DNA of 64,000 bases from Candidatus Hydrogenedentota bacterium (GCA_045863335.1 BTVY01000005.1:1-64000), one strand, 5' to 3'. Positions 21,004-31,619 are shown, counted from the stretch's first letter. The notes: a model not told the origin generated them from the letters alone. A program made the numbers and translations.

Positions 21004-21753
21004 CTATAAGCCCCGCACGAACTCGGCGCTGATGCGCGCGCTCTCCAGCGAATCGCCGGCGCACTCGTCCTGCTCGACAATATACCAATGGACGCCCGCC
21101 TTTGCGGCGGATTCCAGGATGGGCTTCCACTCGATGATGCCGCGACCCATTTCGGCAAAGGTCCGGTTGTCACCGCCGGTCATGTCTTTAAGATGGAGCA
21201 ACGGAACGCGGCCGCTGTATTGCGTGATGTAGTCCGCGGGATCCGCGCCTCCGTATTTGATCCAGTACGTGTCCAGTTCGGCCGCGAGGTTTTGCGCGTC
21301 GGCAGACTCGAAAATGACGTCCAGAATGTATTGCCCGTCTGCGCGCTGAAACTCGTGGGCGTGGTTGTGGTAACAGAGAATAATATCTGAGTTCCGGAAC
21401 CGCGCGCCCGCATCGTTCATCGCCTTCGCGGCGGCGATCCACGCATCTTTGTCGGGGCACTGTTCGACTCCCAGCCACGGCACCACCGCGTAGCGAAGAC
21501 CCAGCGCGTGAACGGTCTCAATAACACTCCCGGTGTTGTTCACGACTTCCTCGTAGGGAAAATGGCCGCTGATAGCCTGCAAGCCGGCATCGGACAGCAT
21601 TTGATTGTATTCGCGCGGGCCGTAGAGGCCGATACCCGCCAGTTCAACGTGGTCGTAGCCGATTTCTTTCACGCGCCGAAGGGTGGCGGGCGTGTCTTTT
21701 TCAAGATGATCGCGCACGGTATAGAGCTGGAGAGCAAAGGCCTGACTGCTCAT
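21004..21753 (-). CDS. Sugar phosphate isomerase/epimerase (IolE/XylA-like TIM barrel)
   Basis: LQLYTVRD, YHNHAHEF, ELDTYW, HLKD, IVEQD. Confidence 0.9.
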   Translation of the reverse strand: MSSQAFALQLYTVRDHLEKDTPATLRRVKEIGYDHVELAGIGLYGPREYNQMLSDAGLQAISGHFPYEEVVNNTGSVIETVHALGLRYAVVPWLGVEQCPDKDAWIAAAKAMNDAGARFRNSDIILCYHNHAHEFQRADGQYILDVIFESADAQNLAAELDTYWIKYGGADPADYITQYSGRVPLLHLKDMTGGDNRTFAEMGRGIIEWKPILESAAKAGVHWYIVEQDECAGDSLESARISAEFVRGL

Positions 21754-21791
21754 GGTAGGTGCCTTTCGAGTTGGGGTAAATGCGCTGCGCC

Positions 21792-22244
21792 CTAGATCGC
21801 CTTGCGCATGCGTTTGATGTAGTCCTTGATTTCTTCTCGAATCTGCCGGGAGACGATAGGCCCAATGATGGGCGCAACGAGAAAGTTGACATCCACGTCG
21901 CGCTCCACGGATTCGTAGTACTTGATCTCGGTCTTCTTCTTGCTCACGGACTTGAACGTCGCAAAGCCCTTGGACTTCATGTTGCCTTGGCCCACCGACT
22001 TCCATTCCAGTTCATGGTCGTCAGCGAAGGAATAACGAACGGAATGCCAGCCTTCGAAGGTCACGCCGACTTCCGTGCGAGGTTCGAACGTGAGCTTCAG
22101 CGTGTTGTTCTTTTGAATCTTCCAATCCGCGACGCGGCCGTGGCATTTCGCAATCATTTTGAGATCGCTGAAATGGTCCTTGGCCGTTGCGACGGGTACG
22201 TCCACTGTGAAGGTTTCCGTGTATTCGCCTGAATACTTCGCCAT
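21792..22244 (-). CDS. SRPBCC/CoxG-like protein
   Basis: 150-aa START-like pattern with amphipathic C-terminal helix; AGGAGG SD. Confidence 0.6.
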   Translation of the reverse strand: MAKYSGEYTETFTVDVPVATAKDHFSDLKMIAKCHGRVADWKIQKNNTLKLTFEPRTEVGVTFEGWHSVRYSFADDHELEWKSVGQGNMKSKGFATFKSVSKKKTEIKYYESVERDVDVNFLVAPIIGPIVSRQIREEIKDYIKRMRKAI

Positions 22245-22271
22245 GGCTTCCTCCTGAAATGGCGCACCGCC

Positions 22272-23054
22272 TCAAGTTCGGCCGCGCAACCGATCGCGAA
22301 GAAACGCGTAACTCACCTGACAACTCTCGAACACGTCTCCCTCCGACGCATCCTGTTCGTACACCAGCCATTCAACGTTCGACGCCCGGGCCGCGTCCAG
22401 TATGGCAGACCAGTCGAGTACGCCGCGCCCCAGCTCGGTAGGTTCCGGTTCCTGGTCCGGGTTCACGAGGGGCTTGTGATCTTTCACGTGAATGAGGGGG
22501 CATCGCCCGGCGAAATTCCGGATATAGGCAGCAGGGTCAGCCTTGCCCGCCGACACCCAGGCCGTGTCGAACTCGGCATGCACGAGGTCCGAGGGAGTTT
22601 CGTCCAGCAGAATATTCATCCGGAACCGCGTGTCCTCCGGGAACCGTTCGAACTCGAACGCGTGATTGTGGTAGGAGAATCGAATCCCCTCGTCGCGAAG
22701 CCGTTGCGCCACCGCCACCATGCGTTGCAACCCATGCCGCCAATCGCCCAGAGAATCCCGGCACTCGGTCATCATCGTGGCTAGCGCGAGATCGGCCACG
22801 CCCAGGGTGTGCCAGAATTCGACCGCTTCCCGGAAGTTCGTTTCAAAAGGCTCCAGACCGCAATGCCCTGAAATCGTGGTCAACCCTGCCGCATCGAGGG
22901 CGCGACGGATCTCCACGGCCGGAAGCTCCGGCATGCTGCTCCACTGGACGTATTCGAAACCCGCCTCCCGCACGCGTCGCAGGGTCCCGGCAAGATCCTG
23001 CGCGGCCGGCTCGCGGACGGTGTACAGAATCATCGCGATGCCCGGTACGCCCAT
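22272..23054 (-). CDS. Sugar phosphate isomerase/epimerase (TIM barrel)
   Basis: ILYTVRE, YHNHAFEF, EFDTAW, HVKD, VYEQD; paralog of 21004-21753. Confidence 0.88.
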   Translation of the reverse strand: MGVPGIAMILYTVREPAAQDLAGTLRRVREAGFEYVQWSSMPELPAVEIRRALDAAGLTTISGHCGLEPFETNFREAVEFWHTLGVADLALATMMTECRDSLGDWRHGLQRMVAVAQRLRDEGIRFSYHNHAFEFERFPEDTRFRMNILLDETPSDLVHAEFDTAWVSAGKADPAAYIRNFAGRCPLIHVKDHKPLVNPDQEPEPTELGRGVLDWSAILDAARASNVEWLVYEQDASEGDVFESCQVSYAFLRDRLRGRT

Positions 23055-23215
23055 GCTCCCCTCCGGCGGCTGGTTACACGCGGGATGACGTGCTTGAGCC
23101 GCATGGTGGGATTGTCCACGGGATGCGATTTCGAGTCAAGGCGACGTGACCTTGATGCGTTGCGATTTGCTATCCTCGTGGACAGTGGCGTAGAGAGCGC
23201 AGGAGGATTGTTGCA

Positions 23216-24457
23216 ATGGGTTGGACTCGGAATATCGCGAAGCCGCGTCTGCTCGCAAGCATCGTTGCGGCGATGGCGCTGGCGGCGGGGGCATACGGGG
23301 GAGGGGCCATGGAATGGTACAAGTTGCCTGAGGGCGCAGAGACCCGATGGTCGAGTTTTGAGAATCCGGACGGCGCGCGGGGCGCGGGCGGGGCTGAGAA
23401 CGCGGGCGCGAAAGGCGCCGCGTTCGCGCCGTTGCCGGCCGGGGAGTCCGTTATTCTGATGCAAGCGGAAGGCAGCGGCTCCATACACCGCATGTGGTTT
23501 ACCCTGCGTGAGCGGCAGCCGCAAATGCTCCGCGCGTTGAAACTCGAGATGTTCTGGGACGGCGCCAGCACGCCTGCCGTATCTGTTCCACTGGGAGATT
23601 TCTTCGGGGCGATACTTGGCCGTCCCGTGGCGATGGAAAACGAGCTATTCGCGAATCCCGAGGGACGGTCCTTCAACATGTACATCCCCATGCCGTTCAA
23701 ACGGGGCGCCAAAGTGGTGCTCACCAACGAGTCCGACCGCGATGTAGAGAAGTTCTTCTACGACATCAACTATGTCCTCACGCCGGAGCCGGACGAGTCC
23801 GACTTGTATTTCCATGCCTACTGGCGGCGGGAACGCTGGACCACGCTGATGCAGGACTTCGAGATACTGCCCGCGGTGAACGGGGCGGGCCGCTTTCTCG
23901 GCGCGCACCTCGGCGTGATCCTCCATCCCGACAACTTGGGCTGGTGGGGCGAGGGCGAGGTGAAGATGTACCTTGACGGGGACCGGGATTTGCCGACCAT
24001 CGTGGGCACGGGCACGGAGGACTACATCGGCACCGGTTGGGGGCAGGGCGAGTTTCAGCGCCGGTACCAGGGTTCGCTTATCGCCGACGGCGAACATGGC
24101 CAATACGCGTTCTACCGCTACCACATTCCCGATCCGGTCTACTTCCACAAGAACATCCGCGTGACCATCCAACAGATGGGCGGCGCTTCGAAGAAGGAAG
24201 TGATGGCGTTGTTGAATAAAGGCGTGGAAATCAAACCGGTCAGCCTCGACTACGATGGGAAATTCATAAAGCTCTTCGAGCAGGACCATGAAGTGGACAT
24301 CCGCAAACATGAAGCGCCGGACGACGCCTGGACCAACATGTACCGGCGCGACGACTGGTCCGCGGTGGCGTTCTTCTACCTGGACAAACCGGAGAACGGC
24401 TTGCCCCCACTCGCGCCGGTGGACGCGCGTACGGAAGCCCTGCTCGAAGAAGAGTAG
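23216..24457 (+). CDS. DUF2961 / GH172-family protein
   Basis: SSFENPDG, VPLGDFFG, WWGEGEVK, GTGTEDY, YRYHIPDPV; signal peptide. Confidence 0.88.
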   Translation: MGWTRNIAKPRLLASIVAAMALAAGAYGGGAMEWYKLPEGAETRWSSFENPDGARGAGGAENAGAKGAAFAPLPAGESVILMQAEGSGSIHRMWFTLRERQPQMLRALKLEMFWDGASTPAVSVPLGDFFGAILGRPVAMENELFANPEGRSFNMYIPMPFKRGAKVVLTNESDRDVEKFFYDINYVLTPEPDESDLYFHAYWRRERWTTLMQDFEILPAVNGAGRFLGAHLGVILHPDNLGWWGEGEVKMYLDGDRDLPTIVGTGTEDYIGTGWGQGEFQRRYQGSLIADGEHGQYAFYRYHIPDPVYFHKNIRVTIQQMGGASKKEVMALLNKGVEIKPVSLDYDGKFIKLFEQDHEVDIRKHEAPDDAWTNMYRRDDWSAVAFFYLDKPENGLPPLAPVDARTEALLEEE

Positions 24458-24619
24458 TGGAAGTTTGTCCGCGCAGAGGGTTGGTCAAGATGCTAGATCT
24501 TCACAATCTCACTGCGGCTGCTTGTTCAAGGGGCCAACCCGATAGTCTGCGCAACAATTCGCACGTTGTGGTGGATTCTTGATGGACGCGCAGCGTATCG
24601 GGATTCGGACTCATTCACG

Positions 24620-24932
24620 TTGTGTACCCCTTGCAGGGGAAGATGGGATGAGAGACGTCGTTGACCCCAGGTAGCCGTGCCAAAGGCACGCCAACCTGGG
24701 GCTTGGAGTATGTAGGCCCTTCGGGCCATTTCGGCGGCTTCGCGCCGCCACGCGGCGATGTACTCCGCCATGCGGGAAGATATGGGTCGGCATAGAACTC
24801 GCGGCGGCGTCAAGCCACCGTAGTGGCCCAACGGGCCTATATACTCATAGCCCTGGGTTGGCCGCCGCGCAGCAAGGCCTACCCAGGGATCCGTGGCCTA
24901 CCCATTGGCCGTACCCTGAAAGGGTTCTACAA
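24620..24932. repeat. Inverted pair of ~108-bp triple-hairpin elements (resembling IS200/REP-associated ends)
   Basis: 24620-24728 aligns with the reverse complement of 24824-24932, with compensatory stem changes. Confidence 0.65.
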
Positions 24933-25065
24933 CTCTCACTCCCGCGAAATGGCAGGTACCTGTTGCCATACCGCTCGCCGACCGGCTGCACTCAAGACTT
25001 GAGCGTTCCGGTCGCTGGATGGGATCTGGAGCGAACGACCGTATTGCGGATTAGTGGCGCATGGT

Positions 25066-27105
25066 CTAGCGCGGCGCCTTGTCCGGCGAGGGATTGGGCA
25101 AGGCGGCATCGAGCGCGTCCAATTGGACGTTCGTAGGCGTCGGGCCAAAACGCAGGCGCGTGTAATCCCGATACCAGCGCGTAGCGGCGTCACGGTACGA
25201 GGAGTGGTCAAGTTCCGAGGACAGACGCAATGCAAACCGCAGGAGCGTTTCATTTGCGGACCGCTCAATGCCCTGGCGGCGCACCCGTTTGTCCATCTCG
25301 CGCAGCATAGCGTGGAGCCGGGCGCGGTGCGCGGGTTCCCGAACCTGCGCCGCACGCGCTCTTCGGCGCCGGGTTTGCAGCAGCGCCACGGCCACAACCA
25401 GCACGACGATGACGACTAGCGGCACCGGTTTGATCATCCACGCGCCAAGACCCAGGATCGTATCGCCCAGCCAACGCACGACGCCGCGGATACCGCCGAC
25501 CACGTACGCGACCACCACTTCGCGTACGAGGAACTTCACATAATCCCACGCTTGCCCGATTCGTCCGGGCTGCTGCGCGTCGTCGCTAGTAGGTACGCCC
25601 TCTGCCACCGTCGCCTCGACTATAAACCAGCCCCGGTCCTCGTCGTAGGCTTCGACCCAGGCGTGGGCATCGCGGTTGCGCGCGACCCAGTACCCGCCAA
25701 AGGCGTTCTGTTCGGCCGCCACGAAACCCGTCACGTAGCGGCACGGCACGCCCCCGCGCCGCAGCAGAACGGCCGCGCCGGTCGCAAAAAATTCACAGTG
25801 GGCGGGCGGGCGTTCGAGGAGAAACCAGGCCAGGGGATCGACGCCATCCGGCACTTCAACGCCAAGTTGGTACTGGTAGTTCTCGCGAAAGTAGGCCGCC
25901 ACGGCGGCCGCTTTCTCTTCGGTGGACACGGCGTGCTCGAAGAGCGCCGCGGCCAGATTCCCAATTCCCGGGTCGAGATCTTCCGGCAGATAGGTGCAGC
26001 GGCGGCGGTCCTGTTCCGTGAGCGGCTCCGGGGACCGGGGCGCGTCCGCGTTTTCGAGAATATACGTCGACCGTGCATCGCCGTCGGGATTAGCAACATT
26101 GTGCGCGTCGTCCAGCATCAACGACGAAAACGGCGCCTGGATCCGTACCGTGTCGAGCGTCGTGAACAATGCGCCGTGCGTGTCGACTTCGGGCCAGACC
26201 TGGATGGACTCGTCCGAATCCGGTTCGGATGCAGCGAGCGCGAACGCGTTCATACCCCGCTCCAAACCGGCGGATTCGGGCGCAAGCGCTGACGCGGAGA
26301 CCGAGAGCGTCCATTCCGCATTTCCGTAGGTATCGTAGGTGAGGCCTTTCAGGTATCCCGGCATGTCGTTGCTCTCGGCCCGTACGGCGACCTTCGCGGA
26401 GTCCCGTTCCTTGACCTTTCCGACGCTGTGCAGGAAAGCCCTATTGGGAAACCCGACGGATCCGGCGTTGGCCCGCGGCGCCACGAGATTCGCGAACCAT
26501 GCATCGAGTTCTTGCTGGTTCCATTTCAAGGTGAAACTCACCGCCGCGCCAAACGCGACTGCGAGTATCGACGTGGCAATCAGGAGAACCCATGCCCGGC
26601 GCGGCTGTGAGCCGCTGCGTCGCTGGTTTCTTCCCGTCAGCCAGAACGCGGAAGCCAGGAACAAGAAGATGACGGCCGCTGCGAGATACCCGATGGACAA
26701 TACTTCCCGGCGTGTGCCGATATGCAAGACGTCGCCCGCGCAGGTCATAACGATGGCGCCGAACAACACGAAGAGCGGAGTCATGCCCCGTTTGCGGGTC
26801 ACGTGGAGTTCGTAGGTTTGGGCAACAAGAAAGAACTGGATTAGAGCGTATCCGAGGCCGTCCGGCAGTGCCGCCGAGGACTCGGCGTCATTGCGCCCGA
26901 CCACGAGCCACAGAATGAAAACCGTCGCCGCCAGCACGACCCAAAGCCGCCGGTCGCGCATCGCGTTTTCCCGAAGCCGCCATTGTCCTGCGACCGCAAC
27001 AATTGCCACCGATACCGGAAAGAGCCAACGGCCAAAGAAGAGCCCGACCGTTGCCGTTTCCAGCAGGACCATGCACAAACCCACGAACCGTTGCCAGCTT
27101 TTCAT
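25066..27105 (-). CDS. Transglutaminase-like membrane protein (DUF3488 + TGase + DUF4129-like)
   Basis: Multi-TM N-terminus; AHCEFFATG Cys motif, RYVTGF, AHAWVEAY. Confidence 0.88.
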   Translation of the reverse strand: MKSWQRFVGLCMVLLETATVGLFFGRWLFPVSVAIVAVAGQWRLRENAMRDRRLWVVLAATVFILWLVVGRNDAESSAALPDGLGYALIQFFLVAQTYELHVTRKRGMTPLFVLFGAIVMTCAGDVLHIGTRREVLSIGYLAAAVIFLFLASAFWLTGRNQRRSGSQPRRAWVLLIATSILAVAFGAAVSFTLKWNQQELDAWFANLVAPRANAGSVGFPNRAFLHSVGKVKERDSAKVAVRAESNDMPGYLKGLTYDTYGNAEWTLSVSASALAPESAGLERGMNAFALAASEPDSDESIQVWPEVDTHGALFTTLDTVRIQAPFSSLMLDDAHNVANPDGDARSTYILENADAPRSPEPLTEQDRRRCTYLPEDLDPGIGNLAAALFEHAVSTEEKAAAVAAYFRENYQYQLGVEVPDGVDPLAWFLLERPPAHCEFFATGAAVLLRRGGVPCRYVTGFVAAEQNAFGGYWVARNRDAHAWVEAYDEDRGWFIVEATVAEGVPTSDDAQQPGRIGQAWDYVKFLVREVVVAYVVGGIRGVVRWLGDTILGLGAWMIKPVPLVVIVVLVVAVALLQTRRRRARAAQVREPAHRARLHAMLREMDKRVRRQGIERSANETLLRFALRLSSELDHSSYRDAATRWYRDYTRLRFGPTPTNVQLDALDAALPNPSPDKAPR

Positions 27106-28361
27106 AGCGCCTCGACCCGTCCGTTCAGCACATCCCCCGGCGCCAGTTGGGTGATGCGGCACTCTTCCGCGAGCTGGTCGAAGGGCTCTGTGGGTTCGCC
27201 GTCGCGCAACACGATCACCTTGGTGCTACACCCACAATCCACCGCCGCGCGGACCAGCGCTTCCCGCGACGCGTCCCAATCTAACAACACGCAAATGACC
27301 GTCGAGATGTTGGCGAGTTCATCGGTGATGGCGGGCGTGACCACGTCGAAGGGGTTGGTCCGGCACGCATCGACGCAGGCAAGGATCTCCAGAACGTTCT
27401 CGAAGTGGGCCGTGTGCCGCCCTGCGCGGAAGACGTGCAAGGTGGGACCCGCCGCGAAGAGATCGATGATGTATTCGCCGCGGGCCATAGCATCCGCGAC
27501 CGCCGCCGTAAGGCTGACGGCGGCTTCGAGGGTGGGGAATCCCGCCGGGGGCGGCTGCTTCTTGCCGGGGATGAAGGTGTCGAGCACGAGGGCGACGCGG
27601 CAGTAATACTCTTCCTGGTACTCGCGCACCACCGGCTGCGCAAGCCGCGCCCACGCGCGGAAATCGAGGTGCCGCCGGGAGTCGCCGGATCGGTAGGGCC
27701 GGTTTCCGATGTACTCCGGCGATTCGCCCACGTTGGACGAGAGCGCGATGCCGCCGGGCTGGTACCGCGCGCTCACCGGCACGTCGATCCCCAAGAGCGG
27801 ATGAAACCGCGGATAGACCAGCAACGGCGTGCTCTCGGGCTTGCGCCGATCCCGCGGCGCGCGGACGCGATAAATGTGAAAGGGAAACGTCGAGTACGCG
27901 CGCGGTTCGGGCAGAGCGTAGAGGCCGCGCCGTTGAGGACGTAGCATGGAGGTGACCACCGTCGACCCGCCGGGTTCCAGCACCGGCGCGAGTTCCTCCA
28001 CGCCGGTGGATTCCACCTCATCCGGCAGTTGAAGGAACCCGGCGCTCACGTCGTAAGCGGTTTGCTTCCCATTATTGACGACGGTGTGCGCGACCATGAG
28101 CACCTCGCCTGACACCGCCTTCTCGGGCACTCCGCCGCGAAGCCGCAACCGCGGCCGGCGAAGCCTCGCCACGCCATACACGACGACGGCGAAGGCACTG
28201 AGAATGCAGAGCAGATGAAACACGGGGATGTCCAGGGAAGCGGAAGATATCGATGCGGATACGACAATCGCCGCGCCCAGTACTTTGCCTTCCCGGGTGG
28301 TCGTGTGGAGCCACGTTTCCCCCAGGTTCCGCCAGTACGGCCCTGTAAAGGGGAGCTTCAT
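27102..28361 (-). CDS. DUF58 protein
   Basis: RRGLY..FPF, LLVYP, EYIGNRPYRSGDSRRHLDFRAWAR, VREYQEE; in MoxR operon. Confidence 0.9.
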   Translation of the reverse strand: MKLPFTGPYWRNLGETWLHTTTREGKVLGAAIVVSASISSASLDIPVFHLLCILSAFAVVVYGVARLRRPRLRLRGGVPEKAVSGEVLMVAHTVVNNGKQTAYDVSAGFLQLPDEVESTGVEELAPVLEPGGSTVVTSMLRPQRRGLYALPEPRAYSTFPFHIYRVRAPRDRRKPESTPLLVYPRFHPLLGIDVPVSARYQPGGIALSSNVGESPEYIGNRPYRSGDSRRHLDFRAWARLAQPVVREYQEEYYCRVALVLDTFIPGKKQPPPAGFPTLEAAVSLTAAVADAMARGEYIIDLFAAGPTLHVFRAGRHTAHFENVLEILACVDACRTNPFDVVTPAITDELANISTVICVLLDWDASREALVRAAVDCGCSTKVIVLRDGEPTEPFDQLAEECRITQLAPGDVLNGRVEAL

Positions 28362-29308
28362 ACCGGAGCCTGAACGTCCTTCAAGAGTTCTTCGATGGCC
28401 GTGCGTTTATCCACGCCGCCATATTTGGCCTTCGCAGTAAGCACCACGCGGTGCGCCAACACGTACGGGGCCAGCCGCTGCACGTCGTCGGGCACCACGT
28501 AGTCCCGGCCATCGAGATACGCTGCCGCCTGGGCCGTCCGGAACAGCATGAGCGATCCGCGCGGGCTGACGCCGAGTTTGAAACGCGTGTCGCTCCGCGT
28601 GCGATTCGCGATGGTAACGATGTACTCCGAGAGCGTCTCATCGACCCGTGCCCGGCGCACCGCCTGCTGGATGGACACGATGGTCCCGCCCGTGGTCACG
28701 GGCCGGAGCGATTCGAGGGGATGCACTTCCGCTTGGGCATGCAGGATTTGCGCTTCCACATCCGGCTCGGGGTAGCCGAGGCTCAACAGAACGGAGAACC
28801 GATCCAACTGGGCTTCGGGCAAAGGATAGGTACCGTGAAATTCGACGGGGTTCTGCGTGGCGATCACCAGAAACGGCGCCGACAGCGCATAGGTTTCGCC
28901 TTCGATGGTCGTTTGGGCTTCGCTCATGGCTTCCAGCAGGGCGGACTGTGTGCGTGGCGACGCGCGGTTGATCTCGTCGGCCAACAGCACGTTGCAGAAA
29001 ATGGGACCGCGACGAAATGAGAAGGTGCCGTCCACGGGGTTGTAAATCGAGGAACCCAGAATGTCGCCCGGCAACAGGTCCGGCGTGAATTGAATGCGGT
29101 GGTATGTGACGTCGACCGACCGTGCCAACGCCTTGGCCAGGGTCGTCTTACCCACGCCGGGCACGTCTTCGATCAACACGGAGCCGCCGGCGATGAACGC
29201 CGTAATCAATACGTCAACGTTCTCCGATTTGCCCTGAATGACCCGGCACAGATTGTCCCGCAACGCGGCCAGCGCCTGATAGTGTTCGTCTGCAATCACT
29301 TCGCTCAT
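28358..29308 (-). CDS. moxR: MoxR-family AAA+ ATPase
   Basis: EDVPGVGKT, RIQFTPDLLP, LADEINRASPRTQSALLEAM, ATQNP, LPEAQLDRF. Confidence 0.95.
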   Translation of the reverse strand: MSEVIADEHYQALAALRDNLCRVIQGKSENVDVLITAFIAGGSVLIEDVPGVGKTTLAKALARSVDVTYHRIQFTPDLLPGDILGSSIYNPVDGTFSFRRGPIFCNVLLADEINRASPRTQSALLEAMSEAQTTIEGETYALSAPFLVIATQNPVEFHGTYPLPEAQLDRFSVLLSLGYPEPDVEAQILHAQAEVHPLESLRPVTTGGTIVSIQQAVRRARVDETLSEYIVTIANRTRSDTRFKLGVSPRGSLMLFRTAQAAAYLDGRDYVVPDDVQRLAPYVLAHRVVLTAKAKYGGVDKRTAIEELLKDVQAPV

Positions 29309-29490
29309 TCAACCGCTCCCCACTTGTTGACGCCGCGACGGCCGCGACCCCCGGTGCCGTTCATGGTAGCGGTACGCGGGATGCGCCGCAATGGAGCGTC
29401 GGTGCCCGTTCCGTGAGTCATTGTAAAGCACAGCGCTCAAAAGGCTTTAGTCGGCAGGCCGGTATATACCGCGTAGAAGTTCGACAGGGC

Positions 29491-29519
29491 TGTCCTTTCC
29501 ATGGTTCCCCGTTCGTCGT
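29491..29519 (+). promoter_or_regulatory. Putative ECF42-type promoter 1 (TGTCC...TCCCCGTTCGTCGT)
   Basis: Near-identical twin at 43414-43442 with the same TGTC-to-CGTC spacing; precedes first gene of the operon. Confidence 0.65.
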
Positions 29520-29577
29520 GTAGGTGAATTGGTCAACGAAGCTGCCGGCGGCTCAATTCTTCATGAAAGGGACAAAG

Positions 29578-30384
29578 ATGAACAGGCAAGCAATTCTGCG
29601 CAGCGATCGAAATCCGGAACCCCACCACGCTGTGGTGTCTCGGGAGGAATGGATTGCGGTTCGCACACGGTTTCTGGAAAGGGAGAAGGAGCTTACCCGG
29701 CTGCGCGATCGGCTCAGCGCCGAACGCCGCGAGCTGCCGTGGGTCAAGGTGGAAAAGCGCTACGTCTTCGACAGCCCCCAGGGTAAGGTCACGCTGGGCG
29801 ACCTCTTCGACGGTCGCAGCCAGCTTATCGTCTATCACTTCATGCTGGGTCCCGGCTGGAAGGAAGGTTGTGTGGGATGTTCCTTCCTGGCCGACCATAT
29901 TGGCGGCGCGCTTCAGCATCTGATCCAGCACGACGTATCGCTGGTCGTCGTGTCGCGCGCGCCATTGCCGGAGATTGAATCGTTCAAACGGCGCATGGGC
30001 TGGTCGTTCCCCTGGGTATCATCCTTCCACAGCGAATTCAATTTCGATTACCACGTATCCTTCACAAAGGATCGAATGGCACTGGGCCCCACGTACTACA
30101 ACTTCCAGGCGCGGACGTCGCAGACGGAAGGCGAGGCCTCGGGCGTCAGCGTGTTCTACAAGGATGGGCGCGGCGCGATTTACCACACCTATTCGAGTTA
30201 CGCCCGCGGCGACGAGGGGTTGCTGGGCGCGTACAACTACCTCGACCTCACGCCGAAAGGCCGCAATGAAACCGGACCCAACTACAACCTGACGGACTGG
30301 GTGCGCCACCACGACCGTTATGGCGCGGGAGGCTACGTCGATACGACCGGCCGTTACGTGGCGGCGAAGGAGCGGCAATCGTGA
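29578..30384 (+). CDS. DUF899 thioredoxin-like protein
   Basis: [56 protein letters not shown]. Confidence 0.92.
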   Translation: MNRQAILRSDRNPEPHHAVVSREEWIAVRTRFLEREKELTRLRDRLSAERRELPWVKVEKRYVFDSPQGKVTLGDLFDGRSQLIVYHFMLGPGWKEGCVGCSFLADHIGGALQHLIQHDVSLVVVSRAPLPEIESFKRRMGWSFPWVSSFHSEFNFDYHVSFTKDRMALGPTYYNFQARTSQTEGEASGVSVFYKDGRGAIYHTYSSYARGDEGLLGAYNYLDLTPKGRNETGPNYNLTDWVRHHDRYGAGGYVDTTGRYVAAKERQS

Positions 30385-30665
30385 ACGGGACGTCATGCTG
30401 CCAGTCGCCGGTGCGCCGTTCCGGTCTTCGGTCCCGCGTCCTCGAAACCACGGGCTGGGCCGTTCCCGGCGCCCTGCTGGTGCTGATGCCGAAATGCCCC
30501 GCCTGCGTCGCCGGCTACATCGCGCTGGCCACGGGCGTGGGCATCTCGTTCACCGCGGCGGCGTACTTGCGCACCGGACTCCTCGTCGCGAGCGTGGGAC
30601 TGCTCATTCTCCTCGCGGCGCGGCAAGTCCACGGATTCGTCCGGAGAAGACGCGCGGCGCGGTGA
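30381..30665 (+). CDS. Small membrane protein with PKCPAC motif
   Basis: GTGA overlap with the DUF899 stop; CC and CxxC motifs, two TM segments. Confidence 0.7.
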   Translation: MNGTSCCQSPVRRSGLRSRVLETTGWAVPGALLVLMPKCPACVAGYIALATGVGISFTAAAYLRTGLLVASVGLLILLAARQVHGFVRRRRAAR

Positions 30666-30713
30666 CCTGAATACGGGCGATACCCAATGACAACGGCAAA
30701 GGAGAAGGAGTCC

Positions 30714-31592
30714 ATGCAGAAGATCACCCCGTTCTTGTGGTTTAACGACAACGCGGAAGAAGCCGTGGCCTTGTATACATCGGCGTTCAAGGATTCCAAG
30801 ATCCTCAGCACGATGCGCTACGGCGACGCCGGGCCTGCGCCGAAGGGATCCGTCATGACGGTTTCCTTTCTGCTGGAAGGGCAGGCGTTCACCGCGTTGA
30901 ACGGCGGGCCGATCTACACGCATACGCCCGCTACTTCGCTCTTCGTCCAATGCGCAAGCCGCGAGGCCGTCGACGCCATTTGGGCCAAGCTGTCCGACGG
31001 CGGCACCGTGTTAATGGAGTTGGGCGAGTATCCCTTCAGCGAACGCTACGGATGGGTCAGCGACCGGTTCGGTGTGTCTTGGCAGTTAAGTCTCGCCAGG
31101 GCGGAACAGAAGATCTCGCCGTTCCTCCTGTTTACCGGCGCGCAGCATGGCAAGGCGGAGGAAGCGATTCGGCTCTACACCGAGCTCTTCGACGACTCGA
31201 AGATCGTCAATGTCGATCGCTACGGCAAAGACGAGCACGAACCCGAAGGTTCCGTCCGTCACGCGACCTTCGTCTTGCAAGGCCAGCAGTTCATGGCCAT
31301 TGAAAGCGCCCATCCTCATGAGTTCGGGTTCTCCGAAGCTTTCTCGTTTGTCGTGAACTGCGATTCGCAAGCGGAGATCGATCGCTTCTGGGAGAGGCTC
31401 ACCGACGGCGGGCAGCCCCTTCAGTGCGGCTGGCTGAAGGACAAGTTTGGCGTGACCTGGCAAGTCGTGCCGCCCGTGTTGATCGAAATGATGCAGGATA
31501 AGGACCCGAGTAAAGCAGAGCGAGTGACCGAGGCCATGATGCAAATGGTCAAACTCGACATCGCGGCCCTGCAACGCGCCTACGAAGGTTAA
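30714..31592 (+). CDS. Tandem PhnB-like VOC protein
   Basis: MQKITPFLWF, ALNGGP, YGWVSDRFGVSWQ, CGWLKDKFGVTWQ, MVKLDIAAL. Confidence 0.92.
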   Translation: MQKITPFLWFNDNAEEAVALYTSAFKDSKILSTMRYGDAGPAPKGSVMTVSFLLEGQAFTALNGGPIYTHTPATSLFVQCASREAVDAIWAKLSDGGTVLMELGEYPFSERYGWVSDRFGVSWQLSLARAEQKISPFLLFTGAQHGKAEEAIRLYTELFDDSKIVNVDRYGKDEHEPEGSVRHATFVLQGQQFMAIESAHPHEFGFSEAFSFVVNCDSQAEIDRFWERLTDGGQPLQCGWLKDKFGVTWQVVPPVLIEMMQDKDPSKAERVTEAMMQMVKLDIAALQRAYEG

Positions 31593-31619
31593 CTTCGCGA
31601 ACAAGAAAGGGAGCCAACG

